From an uncultured Clostridia bacterium (GTDB lineage: Bacteria; Bacillota; Clostridia; TANB77; CAG-508), in contig CANQTZ010000001.1 in the NCBI GenBank assembly GCA_947626865.1, positions 3,772 through 67,771 of the forward strand: 64,000 nucleotides of DNA, written 5' to 3'. The translations under genes and the position numbers were made by a program. Below the pieces are notes generated by a model that was given only the letters and a program-made list of their open reading frames with translations, was not told where the DNA came from and made no database searches. This document shows positions 30,549 through 40,900 of this stretch, one piece after another; position 1 is the first letter of the stretch, and every line of letters begins with the position of its first letter.

Positions 30549-31607
30549 ATGGATAAAAAAGAAGATTGGAATTTAGAATTATCAGAATATATAAAGCAAG
30601 GTGAACCTAATAGAGTAGAAAAAACCAAAACATGGGAAACGGCTATAGGTTTACAGGCTGTAGATGGATTAAAACCTTCAAAATATTTAATAAAAACGGC
30701 TAAAGAGCACATAGAAGGTAATATAGATATTGAAGAAGTTAAAATAAGAATTGATGAGTACTATGAAGTTCAAGGAAGTAGAAAAAACTTTGAGAAAGAA
30801 AGTGAAGAAGCAGATAAAGTTGCAGTTAGAATTGCAGAAATATTAAGTGAAAAGGCATTCAATTTTTCTCCAACAGAATTGTTAAATATTCATAAAAGAT
30901 TATTTAGGGATGTTTTTGATGGAGCAGGAATATATAGAGATTATAACTTTACGAAAAAAGAATGGGTACTAAATGGAGATACTGTAACATATGCATCGTA
31001 TGAAACAATAAAAGATATACTAGAATATGATTTTGAACAGGAAAAGAAATTTTCATATAAAGGATTAGGTATGAAAGAAGCCATAAAACATCTATGCAGA
31101 TTTACATCAAATATATGGCAAATACATCCATTTTGTGAAGGAAATACAAGAACAACAGCAGTGTTTATGATTAAATATTTAAGAACTTTTGGATTTGAAA
31201 TTAATGATGAAGTATTTGCTGATAACTCATGGTATTTTAGAAATTCATTAGTAAGAGCAAATTATACAAATTTTCAAAAGAATATATTTGAAGATACTTC
31301 ATTCTTAGAAAAATTCTTTTATAATTTACTAACAAATAGTAATTATGAATTAAAGAATAGATATACACATATAGATAATATTCAAAGTGCAAATAGAAAT
31401 GATTTAAAGGGCAATAATTGCACTTTAGAAGAACAAGCAATAATAAATATGCTAAAAGTGAATCCAGAAATTACACAAGAGGAAATAGCAAATCAGATTA
31501 ATAAATCTGTAAGAACAGTAAAAACTTATATGGCTGAAATGCAAAAAAAAGGATTGATTGAAAGAAAAAATGGTAAGAGAAATGGTGAATGGCAAGTAAA
31601 TGTATAG
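30549..31607 (+). CDS. Fic/DOC-family protein with C-terminal winged-helix DNA-binding domain
   Basis: 352 aa. Fic core HPFCEGNTRTTA at 31125-31160. C-terminal HTH-like EEIANQINKSVRTVKTYMAEMQKKGLIERKNG. GGAGG RBS. Confidence 0.85.
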   Translation: MDKKEDWNLELSEYIKQGEPNRVEKTKTWETAIGLQAVDGLKPSKYLIKTAKEHIEGNIDIEEVKIRIDEYYEVQGSRKNFEKESEEADKVAVRIAEILSEKAFNFSPTELLNIHKRLFRDVFDGAGIYRDYNFTKKEWVLNGDTVTYASYETIKDILEYDFEQEKKFSYKGLGMKEAIKHLCRFTSNIWQIHPFCEGNTRTTAVFMIKYLRTFGFEINDEVFADNSWYFRNSLVRANYTNFQKNIFEDTSFLEKFFYNLLTNSNYELKNRYTHIDNIQSANRNDLKGNNCTLEEQAIINMLKVNPEITQEEIANQINKSVRTVKTYMAEMQKKGLIERKNGKRNGEWQVNV

Positions 31608-31690
31608 AATATAAGTAATCTCCATAAATAAATCAGGAATTAAATAATCCAGCTAAAACCTTTGATTTCATTAAAGTACAAGAAACAGGC

Positions 31691-31743
31691 AGGTCGCCCT
31701 CATAACCCGAAGGTCGCAGGTTCGATTCCATCTCTCGCAACCA
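31691..31743 (+). other. degenerate copy of the 3' half of tRNA-fMet (att-like scar / tRNA pseudogene fragment)
   Basis: CTCATAACCCGAAGGTCGCAGGTTCGATTCCATCTCTCGCAACCA aligns with 30332-30373 onward of the intact tRNA, with about 7 mismatches in 45 nt. The T-stem pairing is broken and there is no 5' half. Confidence 0.75.
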
Positions 31744-31748
31744 GTAAT

Positions 31749-31780
31749 AGCAAGTCTTTCGTGACTTGCTTATTTATTTG
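31749..31780 (+). terminator. hairpin plus T-rich tract after the tRNA fragment
   Basis: AGCAAGTC-TTTCGT-GACTTGCT followed by TATTTATTT. Confidence 0.5.
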
Positions 31781-31842
31781 ATTTCTTTTCTTTTTATCTT
31801 CCTATCAAAGTAGATGTACTTAAGATTGGAAAAATATTCATA

Positions 31843-32202
31843 TTATCTTTTTAAATGTGTCTTCCAAATTTCTTCTTTAAATCCTATAAAAATGCCTTTA
31901 TCTGATATTAATAATGGTCTTTTTATTAACATTCCATCACTTGCTAACAATTCTATTTTGTCTCTATCACTCATAGTTACTAGTTTGTCTTTTAGATTTA
32001 ATTCTTTATACTTTAACCCACTTGTATTAAACCATTTCTTTAATTCTTGTCCACTCTTTTTTATCCATTCAGTCAATTCTTGAATCGTTGGTGTGTCTTC
32101 AACAATATTTCTATCTATAAATTCAACATTATTTTCTTCTAGCCACTTTTTTGCTTTCTTACATGTAGAGCATTTTGGATATTCTATAAATATATTTTTC
32201 AT
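31843..32202 (-). CDS. ArsC/Spx-family (thioredoxin-fold) protein
   Basis: 119 aa, N-terminal YPKCSTCKKAKKWLEEN..., ..LIKRPLL.. typical of the ArsC/YffB/Spx superfamily. Confidence 0.8.
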   Translation of the reverse strand: MKNIFIEYPKCSTCKKAKKWLEENNVEFIDRNIVEDTPTIQELTEWIKKSGQELKKWFNTSGLKYKELNLKDKLVTMSDRDKIELLASDGMLIKRPLLISDKGIFIGFKEEIWKTHLKR

Positions 32203-32257
32203 TATTATTTCCTCCTATAATTTTTTAACTTCTATTTGCTTTTTCAATTTAATGACT

Positions 32258-32659
32258 TCATAAATTTTCCTCTTTTAAAATTTTACTAAATAGTTCTCTT
32301 GTATTATCATATGTAATTGTTTTTATGGCATCTTCAAATGTCATCCACTTCATTGATTGTATTTCACTTTCTTGATATTTTTCATTTCCATTTATTTTTT
32401 TAGCAATAAATAAAACAACTTGCTTTAGTGTACCTTTATCTGTAATATATTCCATTGTATATCTTTTATTTTTATTTATTTCTACATCTAAATTGGTTTC
32501 TTCCTTTACTTCTCTTATTGCTGTTTCTATTTCTGTTTCACCAACTTCTACATGTCCTTTTGGAAACCCCCAATGTCCTTTTGTCTGTTGAATTAAAAGT
32601 ACTTTATCTTTTTCTATAATAATACATCCACATGATTTTTCTTTTTTTATATTATTCAT
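32258..32659 (-). CDS. NUDIX hydrolase
   Basis: Nudix box GHVEVGETEIETAIREVKEETNL (Gx5Ex7REUxEExGU). Confidence 0.9.
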   Translation of the reverse strand: MNNIKKEKSCGCIIIEKDKVLLIQQTKGHWGFPKGHVEVGETEIETAIREVKEETNLDVEINKNKRYTMEYITDKGTLKQVVLFIAKKINGNEKYQESEIQSMKWMTFEDAIKTITYDNTRELFSKILKEENL

Positions 32660-32852
32660 CTTATCATCTCACTTTCAAAGTATTGTTCTTGAAAATTAGT
32701 TAAAGTTCTTATTTCTTCATCTGTATAATTTTTTATTGAAACCATCCTTAGCTTTTATATTTCTAAATTTACAGTTTCAGTTTAAAATTTATTTATCTCT
32801 TTTGCATCAATCATTATTTTTACTAAAAACATAATCTTTAATTTATAAATAA

Positions 32853-34952
32853 TTATCTCAAAAATTCAGATTTATTTCCATAGCTTGTTATATATGCTCT
32901 TTTTTGCGCTCTTGTTATAGAAACATATAATAAACATCTTTCAGATATAATACTTTCTTCCTTAGCAATTGGATCGACATTATTAATAGCACTTGCTAAA
33001 GGTATTACTCTATCATTGCATCCAACCACAAAAATATACTGAAATTCTAATCCTTTAACACGATGCATTGTTGCTAATCTAATCCCCTCATAATTTCTAT
33101 CATCTATTTTACTACCTCTAATCTTGTATACCCTCATTCCCTTTGAAGTAAACATAGAATTATATTGAGAAATATGTTTATGAGTTCTTGCAACTACACA
33201 TATATTCTTAATATCAACTCCATTTTCTATTAATGAATTTATTTCTTCGTATAAATAATTAAATTCTTCTATTCCATCTCTAAAATGTTTTATAGTAGGA
33301 ATATGACCATGAGTCAATGACTGGCATACATCTTGTTTTTCTATCTCATCATCTAAATTATCAAAAGAAAGATCTTTTAATAGTGCAAATGCGTATTTTC
33401 TTATTTCTTCTGTAGTTCTGTAATTTATTTTTAACAAATGACCTCTTCCTCTTACATTTATACCACATTTTGATAAAATTGCTCTCTTTTTGTAAATTCT
33501 CTGATGGGCATCCCCAACAATAAAGATATCATTTTCATGTTCTTCGCCAGCAATTAACCTTAACAATTTGTATGCATTTGTACTAAAATCTTGTCCTTCA
33601 TCAACAATTATATTTTGATACATCAATTTTTTATTGTAATTTTTCAATACAGTGCGACACTCATACATTGCTGTATCAATGTCCTTAATCTGTAAATCTT
33701 TTGATATTCTTAGATATTCCTCTACAACATGCCAAATAATTTGCTTTGTTTTTCTATCTATACGTGTTCCCCTTCCTATTCTTGATGCATTCATATAGGC
33801 TTGTATAGATAGTTCTTCCTGACATACAATTATTTTTTCATACTCTTCTCTAATAAATGAATAATCATAATTAAGTTTTTCCCCAGATTCAATTAAAGCT
33901 TTTTCCCAAATTTCATCTATTTTTTCATCTTCATAACTTATAGTATAATTATACCCATTTAATTTTAAAAATTGAGAAACCCATGCATCTAAATTGATAA
34001 TTTCAATTCTTTTCATATCAGAAGAATTACATATTTTTCTTAAATTATCTTGAATGTCATTTGCAAGATTTGATGTAAATGTTGTGAACATTATTTTCTT
34101 ATTTGGTTCCAATTTTTTAACTAATTCTTTTGCTCTATGAATTGCAACAACTGTTTTCCCAGTTCCAGCTCCTCCAGTAACTCTTGCTGGTCCATTAAAA
34201 TTCTTTTCTACTATTTTTCTTTGAGAAGGGTGAAGGAATATACGCCATTTTTCTAGAGGTTCAGCCATTATTTTTTCTAATTCTTCTTCTCCTTCAACAA
34301 CAACAAATGAATGTTTTGTATTTGTATTTTCTAATGCTTCGGCAAAATTAGTTGGTACTGGTTCAAATATTAATTTTTGTGAATCATATAATTCTTTTAC
34401 CTCATTATAATCAAATCCATTTACAATCCATTCCAAATATTCATATGTTTCATTTGAAAACGATCCTTTTCGATTATTAAAATCTTCTACATCTATTATA
34501 CTTCTGACAAGTGCTAATTGTTCATTTGGCACACTAATGTCAATTAATTGTTTATCACTAAAATTACTAAATAGATGTTTCTGATTAATATCTATTTCTT
34601 GCTTATCAGTCATTACGTCAAAAATCTGTATAGATCCTAATTCCTTATTAATACTACATTTTTTTCTCTTTGCCCACTCATAGGCTTCATCATGATGATC
34701 AATCCATAAAACTAGATATACTCTTGTTTCTTTTTCTATAGCTATAATAGCCCTATATGTATTATCAATTCTCGCTGAAAAAATTTTATTATCTTGAGAA
34801 TATGGTAATTTTTCTAAATTTATACCCGTAGACCTAGGATTGTTTCTAAATTTATTCATAAAATCAGTTACTTTAACTTGAATTTGTCTAGGCAAAGCAG
34901 CAAATGAATCCAAGAATTTATCAGCAACTGCAATTTTTACCTTTTCTTCCAT
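32853..34952 (-). CDS. UvrD/Rep-type superfamily-1 helicase with RelE/ParE-like N-terminal domain (gene 4 of the defence-like cassette)
   Basis: 699 aa. Walker A GGAGTGKT, IIVDEGQDFS, YRTTEEI, TMHRVKGLEFQYIFVV, YVSITRAQ. N-terminal 100 aa ..NLEKL......IFSARIDNTYRAIIAIEKETRVYLVLWIDHHDEAY resembles RelE/ParE-fold toxins. Confidence 0.8.
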   Translation of the reverse strand: MEEKVKIAVADKFLDSFAALPRQIQVKVTDFMNKFRNNPRSTGINLEKLPYSQDNKIFSARIDNTYRAIIAIEKETRVYLVLWIDHHDEAYEWAKRKKCSINKELGSIQIFDVMTDKQEIDINQKHLFSNFSDKQLIDISVPNEQLALVRSIIDVEDFNNRKGSFSNETYEYLEWIVNGFDYNEVKELYDSQKLIFEPVPTNFAEALENTNTKHSFVVVEGEEELEKIMAEPLEKWRIFLHPSQRKIVEKNFNGPARVTGGAGTGKTVVAIHRAKELVKKLEPNKKIMFTTFTSNLANDIQDNLRKICNSSDMKRIEIINLDAWVSQFLKLNGYNYTISYEDEKIDEIWEKALIESGEKLNYDYSFIREEYEKIIVCQEELSIQAYMNASRIGRGTRIDRKTKQIIWHVVEEYLRISKDLQIKDIDTAMYECRTVLKNYNKKLMYQNIIVDEGQDFSTNAYKLLRLIAGEEHENDIFIVGDAHQRIYKKRAILSKCGINVRGRGHLLKINYRTTEEIRKYAFALLKDLSFDNLDDEIEKQDVCQSLTHGHIPTIKHFRDGIEEFNYLYEEINSLIENGVDIKNICVVARTHKHISQYNSMFTSKGMRVYKIRGSKIDDRNYEGIRLATMHRVKGLEFQYIFVVGCNDRVIPLASAINNVDPIAKEESIISERCLLYVSITRAQKRAYITSYGNKSEFLR

Positions 34953-34955
34953 AAC

Positions 34956-37900
34956 TTATTTATCTCCTCCTATATTTTTTATTGCTTCTGAAATATCTTT
35001 TATTATAATATATCCATTATTAATAAATGCTTTTTCGCTATCCTTAATTTGATTGTCTGTTAAATATACTACCTTATAGCTTTTCCATATCAATTCACAT
35101 TCACCAATAATTAAACCATTTTCATATAGTTCAAATCCTACTTCATCTGGTAAAATGATATTATTCTTAGCACATTCTTTTGCAAACTTAATAGCCTTTT
35201 CATCATAAATATTATGAATAACATCTTCCCACCTACTATCATATTCTTCTTTATCGACTACTATTTCTTCAGTTTTTATTTCTTTAATTGATAATGATTT
35301 ATAAATATCCTTAATAACTCCTGATGTTGTTAATCCATAGAAATACGAACTAAATTGCATCATATTATATAAATTCCAAAATCCATTCCACTCTTTCTCA
35401 TAAGTATCATCCTTAGAATTTTCATCATTTAATTCTGCAAATATATATGGATATGCTGGTTCTTTATTTATGTAATTTATTCCAGAATAAATACTTAATG
35501 ATGAATTAATATCTCTAGGTATCCATGTTCCAAATAAGGTTTCTTCAAAAGTTTTTAAATATTCAACTTTAATACTATACATTAGCTTCGTAATATCTTC
35601 ATTCCATAGATTATAAGCCTCTCTATCTGCTCTTCTTGAAGAATCTATTAACGACCAAGAATAAGCTTCTGCATGATGTTTAAATATATCTTCTGCATTA
35701 TTTGTTTCTAGATATTCCACTAATAATTCAAAAGTTGATACTTTGGATGGTTTTACTATTTCATCTCCATCTTTCAGCATTTTATTATACATTACTGTTC
35801 CAGATGGCATTTTCTCTGGTAATAATGTATTTGTATAATACTCTCCCTGCGATTTAAATTTATCCTGAACATCCTTAAATGTTAATGACCATACTCTAAA
35901 ATTTCCAGATTGTCTTATTGCTTCTCTTTTTAGTGTATCATCCCAAGTTTTATTTTTGTGAAATGTAAAACCATCAGTAAATATAGCTATTGGTAATTGA
36001 TTCTTACATCCTTTACTTGGCCACATAACAAAGTCTGGTTTACATGTGATACTTACATTTTGCTCTTTTCCTAATAAAACCTGTGGCTCTATTTCCCATC
36101 TGCATTTTCCAATTTTTAGTATATAGCCTTCTTTATTATTTACAAAATCTTTATTAATAGTTAGTTCTCTTCTATCAGACTTAAATAATGACAAAGCCTC
36201 AATAAACATCATTTCAAGTTCACTATCTGCTAATCCATTTACAGGAATATCTTTTATACTATTTATTAATTTCAAATTATCTTTCCCACTCAATATCTGC
36301 CTGAACATATTTAATGCTATTTTTCTAGATATCGAACCTATGTTTCTACTCTGTCTATATCCATATAAACAATGATAACATCCATCTTTTTGAGGATCAT
36401 CTTTACACGAGCAGTTCTCCATAACATTTATTGCTTTTTGAAAAACATCTATTAAAAAATTATCATTCTGTAATAGTTGTTTTAAATAACCTGTACCCCC
36501 TGGAACAGAATCATATATTACTAAATATTGCTTTCTATAATCTGACCCTTGAACTGGAGCTTCACTTATACATGTTCTTAAATGCTCAACATTTCCAAAA
36601 AATTCTTTCATGCCTAGCATAAATGCTGCTTCAAATGATTCTACCTTTATTTTTGTAGAATCTAATGTCGTAGAAGGGATTAATAATCTTATAACTTCTG
36701 TTTGTAATTCTCTATATAAAAATAAGCAATTTTCATAATCATTAGGATCATATTCAGTAGATTTCACTTTACAAGAATATGTATGTTCTCCTTTTCCCTC
36801 TTTTATTTGAATTTTACCACAATGTTTACAAATTCTAAATCCTTTTCTTATACTTTCTATTCCAGAAACAAATAACTTTTCTCCACTTAAGTCTGCCTCT
36901 CCAAAATTAATTTCTCTTATATTTGCCTTTTTAATATACTCGAATCCAAATGGAAATTCACTATTATCCATTCTATAAGCTTTTTGAATATCTTCATCTT
37001 CATTGATATCTACTAACAACTGTTTATTATAGAATGTAACTTTTCTATCGTCACTTTCATCATCAATTTTACTTGTATCGTAATCAACATTAGAGTATAC
37101 CATTTGAGCTTTTAACATTGATCTTAATTGCCCTTTGTCAGCCCAAGCAGGAGTTCCACATTGAGGACAAGATGAAGTATGCTTCCCTTCAACTTCAATT
37201 TCAGCATGTGAGCAATTAGGACATAATCGCCATGTTGTAATATCTGCAGAAACTAAATCGACTTGATCTATAGTTAATTTTCTACCACTAGCATAAAAAT
37301 TATTTAAAGGTGCAAACTCACTTATTGCACTTGATGATGGTCTATTAAATTCATATACAACTTTTCTATATTTTTTATCTTTAGCATCAAAATTAGTTTT
37401 ATCTTCTCTTTTTCTTAAAATTGCTTTAAGAGTAATACCTTCTTCTGGAAATGCATAATTTGGTAATAATCCTTCATCAGACAAAAAATTAAATACATTT
37501 TTCCTTGTCATATTTTTAATTACCTGAGCCAAAGCTCTTTTTTCAGCTTCTAATTCTTTTTTTTCATCGTCATATGAAGAATCATAAGGCATTGCTTCTA
37601 TTTTTTCTATTTGAATAGTCAAATCTTTTATGTTCTCAGTTAATGAATCTTTTTGCTTTCTTAAAGTATCTAACGTTTCGTATATTTTCAAGTGCATTGG
37701 ACTGTTTTCTAGTCCTGTACCATTTGCAAACAAATATATTTCACCCTTTGTTGCAGCAGATATTTCTGGAAATAATCTGAAGAAATTTGCTAATAATTTA
37801 GAAAGTCTTTCTTGTGTAAATTTCAATAAATTATATGGAAATACACTTATATCTTTTGAGTCTAATTTTGTTAAACAAGTTCCAATTGATTTAGGTATTG

Positions 37901-40900
37901 CACTTTCAGCTACTCCATTTTTTACCCAACTGTCAAAACAAAAAGCCACAAATTGTCTTTCTAAAACAGCTGAAGCATCTAAAAATATTCTAGGAGTATC
38001 AACTTCTCCTTCTATCATTTCTAAAGGACTTGCATAAAAATATAAATCATGAGGTCTTGCATTTGCAACTGTTATAGTTAAAGCATTTCCATCTTTTCTT
38101 CCAGCACGCCCTACTCTTTGTAAGTATTTTGATTGTGCAGGTGGCATACTACATAAAATTACAGAAGATAAGTCTCCTATATCAATTCCCATTTCTAAAG
38201 TAGGAGTACAAGATAGTATATTTGTATCCCATGGTTTTTGCTCATCTTTGCTATGTTTAAATACTTTTTCAACATCTTCTCTTGTGTTTCTATCTAATAA
38301 GCCTGTATGCTCTTCAGCAACAATTCTTTTAATATCTCCATTACAGTATAAATTATGATAATAATCAAAATTAATACTTGAATTTTCTTTTAAAATTCCA
38401 TAACAATTATTTGAAAGACATAATAAGTCATTTGCATATTTATTATTTTCTTTTCCAATTGAAAAATATTGTCCACATTTATCACATTTAAATGTCTTTA
38501 CTTCATTTGAAATAAATACACTTTTAGTATTTATACCGTAAATAGATATGTTATCATTTGGTTTTATCTCTACTAATAAATTACAATTCTTTAATTCATA
38601 TATACATTGTTCAAAAATACTTTGTGCTAAATCTTCTTCTAATAACTCTATAGGAAGAATTGCTGTTATATCTTTTATATATCTTGAATTTTTGTTTTCA
38701 ATATTACATAAATTTTTAAATTTATTTTTTTCAATTAATCTATGTTGTTTGCATAAAAATTCAGGTGTATTTCTGGAAGTGTTTTTCCCTGGCATCCATT
38801 TTCTAAATGTATTAGATAAAAAATAATCTTGGCATCCATTTTCTAAATAATACTCATACGCAGAATCATAAAATGCACCATTGTATTTAAGTTTATTTAA
38901 AATATAAAAAACAATTTTTATATATATATCTTTATCAATATTTCTACCACGCTCATTATATATTAAATCTTTTATATTGTTTGCAACTTTATCTATTACA
39001 TTGTTTTGAAAAACTACTATAGAGCTATATGTTTTTTCTAATGTTCTCCCTATTCTTGATGTCAAGCCATATTCCAATAGAATCTCATACTTTAATCTTT
39101 TGTCAATAAACTGTATTAACGTATTAGTTTGATCATTTTTTGGCAAATTTCCGTTTTTTTTCATACTTTCATATGAATCCATCCAAGTTAAGTTTGGTGG
39201 TATAAATAAAGAAACATATTCTTCTAATGATAACTGTGATTTCCAATAATTAATAAATTCATTTTGAAAATCGTATAAGTTCATTTTATTTCCTTTTTCA
39301 TCACAGAATTTTTGTATAGCACTTCTTAAAGAAAATTTCCATGTTCTTGAATTAAAGAATCCAGCTCTATGTGCAGCATCTTGTACATTATCGGAAAAAG
39401 TTAATGTTTTTTTATCATCATTAAATTTAGATGAAAACATTTGAGATACAGTAGCACTAATAGTTGTCGCACTTCTTAAACCTAGTAAAGATAAACTAGA
39501 TGTACTTTTACAATGTGGACATACATAATGCTTATGTTTACCTCTTGTTTTTATCTCTTTAGGTATAATAACGGAAATACTTTCTGCTCCGCATGAGGAA
39601 CAAGAATGGTGTTCTTCTTCTCCTAAATCCACTTGCATACACTCTGGACAAATAAATCCTTTATAAAAATCATTTGTTACATTCTCATCATGTTTTTGTG
39701 GATAAATAAAAATAATGTTATCATCATAATTAAAAAATGTATTATAAAATGCATTAAGATCTCTAATTTTTATATTTTGTCTAGCATCAACCATACTAGC
39801 CCATCCAGTATATCCACAATCTCTACAATTAATTACAGGCAAATATTTACTTGCTTGATTATGATTTAAATCAGTTGCTAATGCATATTCTATATTGGTA
39901 TCACTAACTTTTCCCACAACTCTTCTTAGTTCCCTAATCCATAACTGTACACTTACAGTTAAAAATGGTCTTAATTTGTCATCAATTTTATTTCTTGCAT
40001 ATGAAATTATTGCAAATAAAGTATCTATTGCAAATTCTTTTTCATTAATTTCATTTAAAAATGGATATGAATCTTTTAATTCATTAATTAAATATGTATT
40101 TTGTACAAATTTATTTTTCATTAAAGAAATCATAGAAACAACAAAATTATGCGTTATCAATCTATCTGCTAATTCTACTTTTCCATCATCAGTTAATGCT
40201 TTATCTTCATCAAAATCCGTAAACCACGCTTTAGTAGCTAATTTAATAAAATTATCAAAATCATCTTTTTGATATGCTTCGTAAATTTCATTAATTTCGG
40301 CATTGCTTGGTGTTTTAAATTCAGATATATCTTTATTAAAAAATTCACTTGGGTTTAATCTGTCTTCCGTAATAACCGCATTGTCATCAAACTTTTCTCC
40401 AAAAATCTCACTGGCATATCTTAAAATACTTTTTGAATCGTCTCCACTACCTATAGTTGCAGATGTTCCTACTGAGCAAATATAATCTTTAGGAGTGTTT
40501 AATCTATTTTTTAATCTTCTTAATAAACATGCTAAATCTGTTCCTTGTGCCCCATCAAAAGTATGTAATTCATCAACAATAATATATTTTAATGTTTCAG
40601 ATTTATTATCTCTCCATAATGACGCGTCTTTAGGTCTAACCAATAAATAGTCTAACATTTTATAGTTTGTAAGTAAAATATCTGGAGGATTTGATAATAA
40701 AGTTTCATGATCAGTAATAACTGTTTCTTTTCCCATAACCATTGATGTTCTTCCAAGTTCTTCTCCACCAACATACATTCCAACTGTAATATTGCCCTTT
40801 AGCTTACTATTTCCATATATTTCTTTTGCAATACGTCTTGCCTGGTCTGAAGCCAAAGCATTCATTGGGTATATAATTAATACTTTAACACCTCTAGTCC

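Noticed and set aside
32660-32745. 29-aa ORF immediately upstream of, and overlapping, the Nudix start codon
   Set aside because: It is very short, has a poor RBS (AAGG directly abutting the ATG), and nothing about its conservation can be judged from a single sequence.
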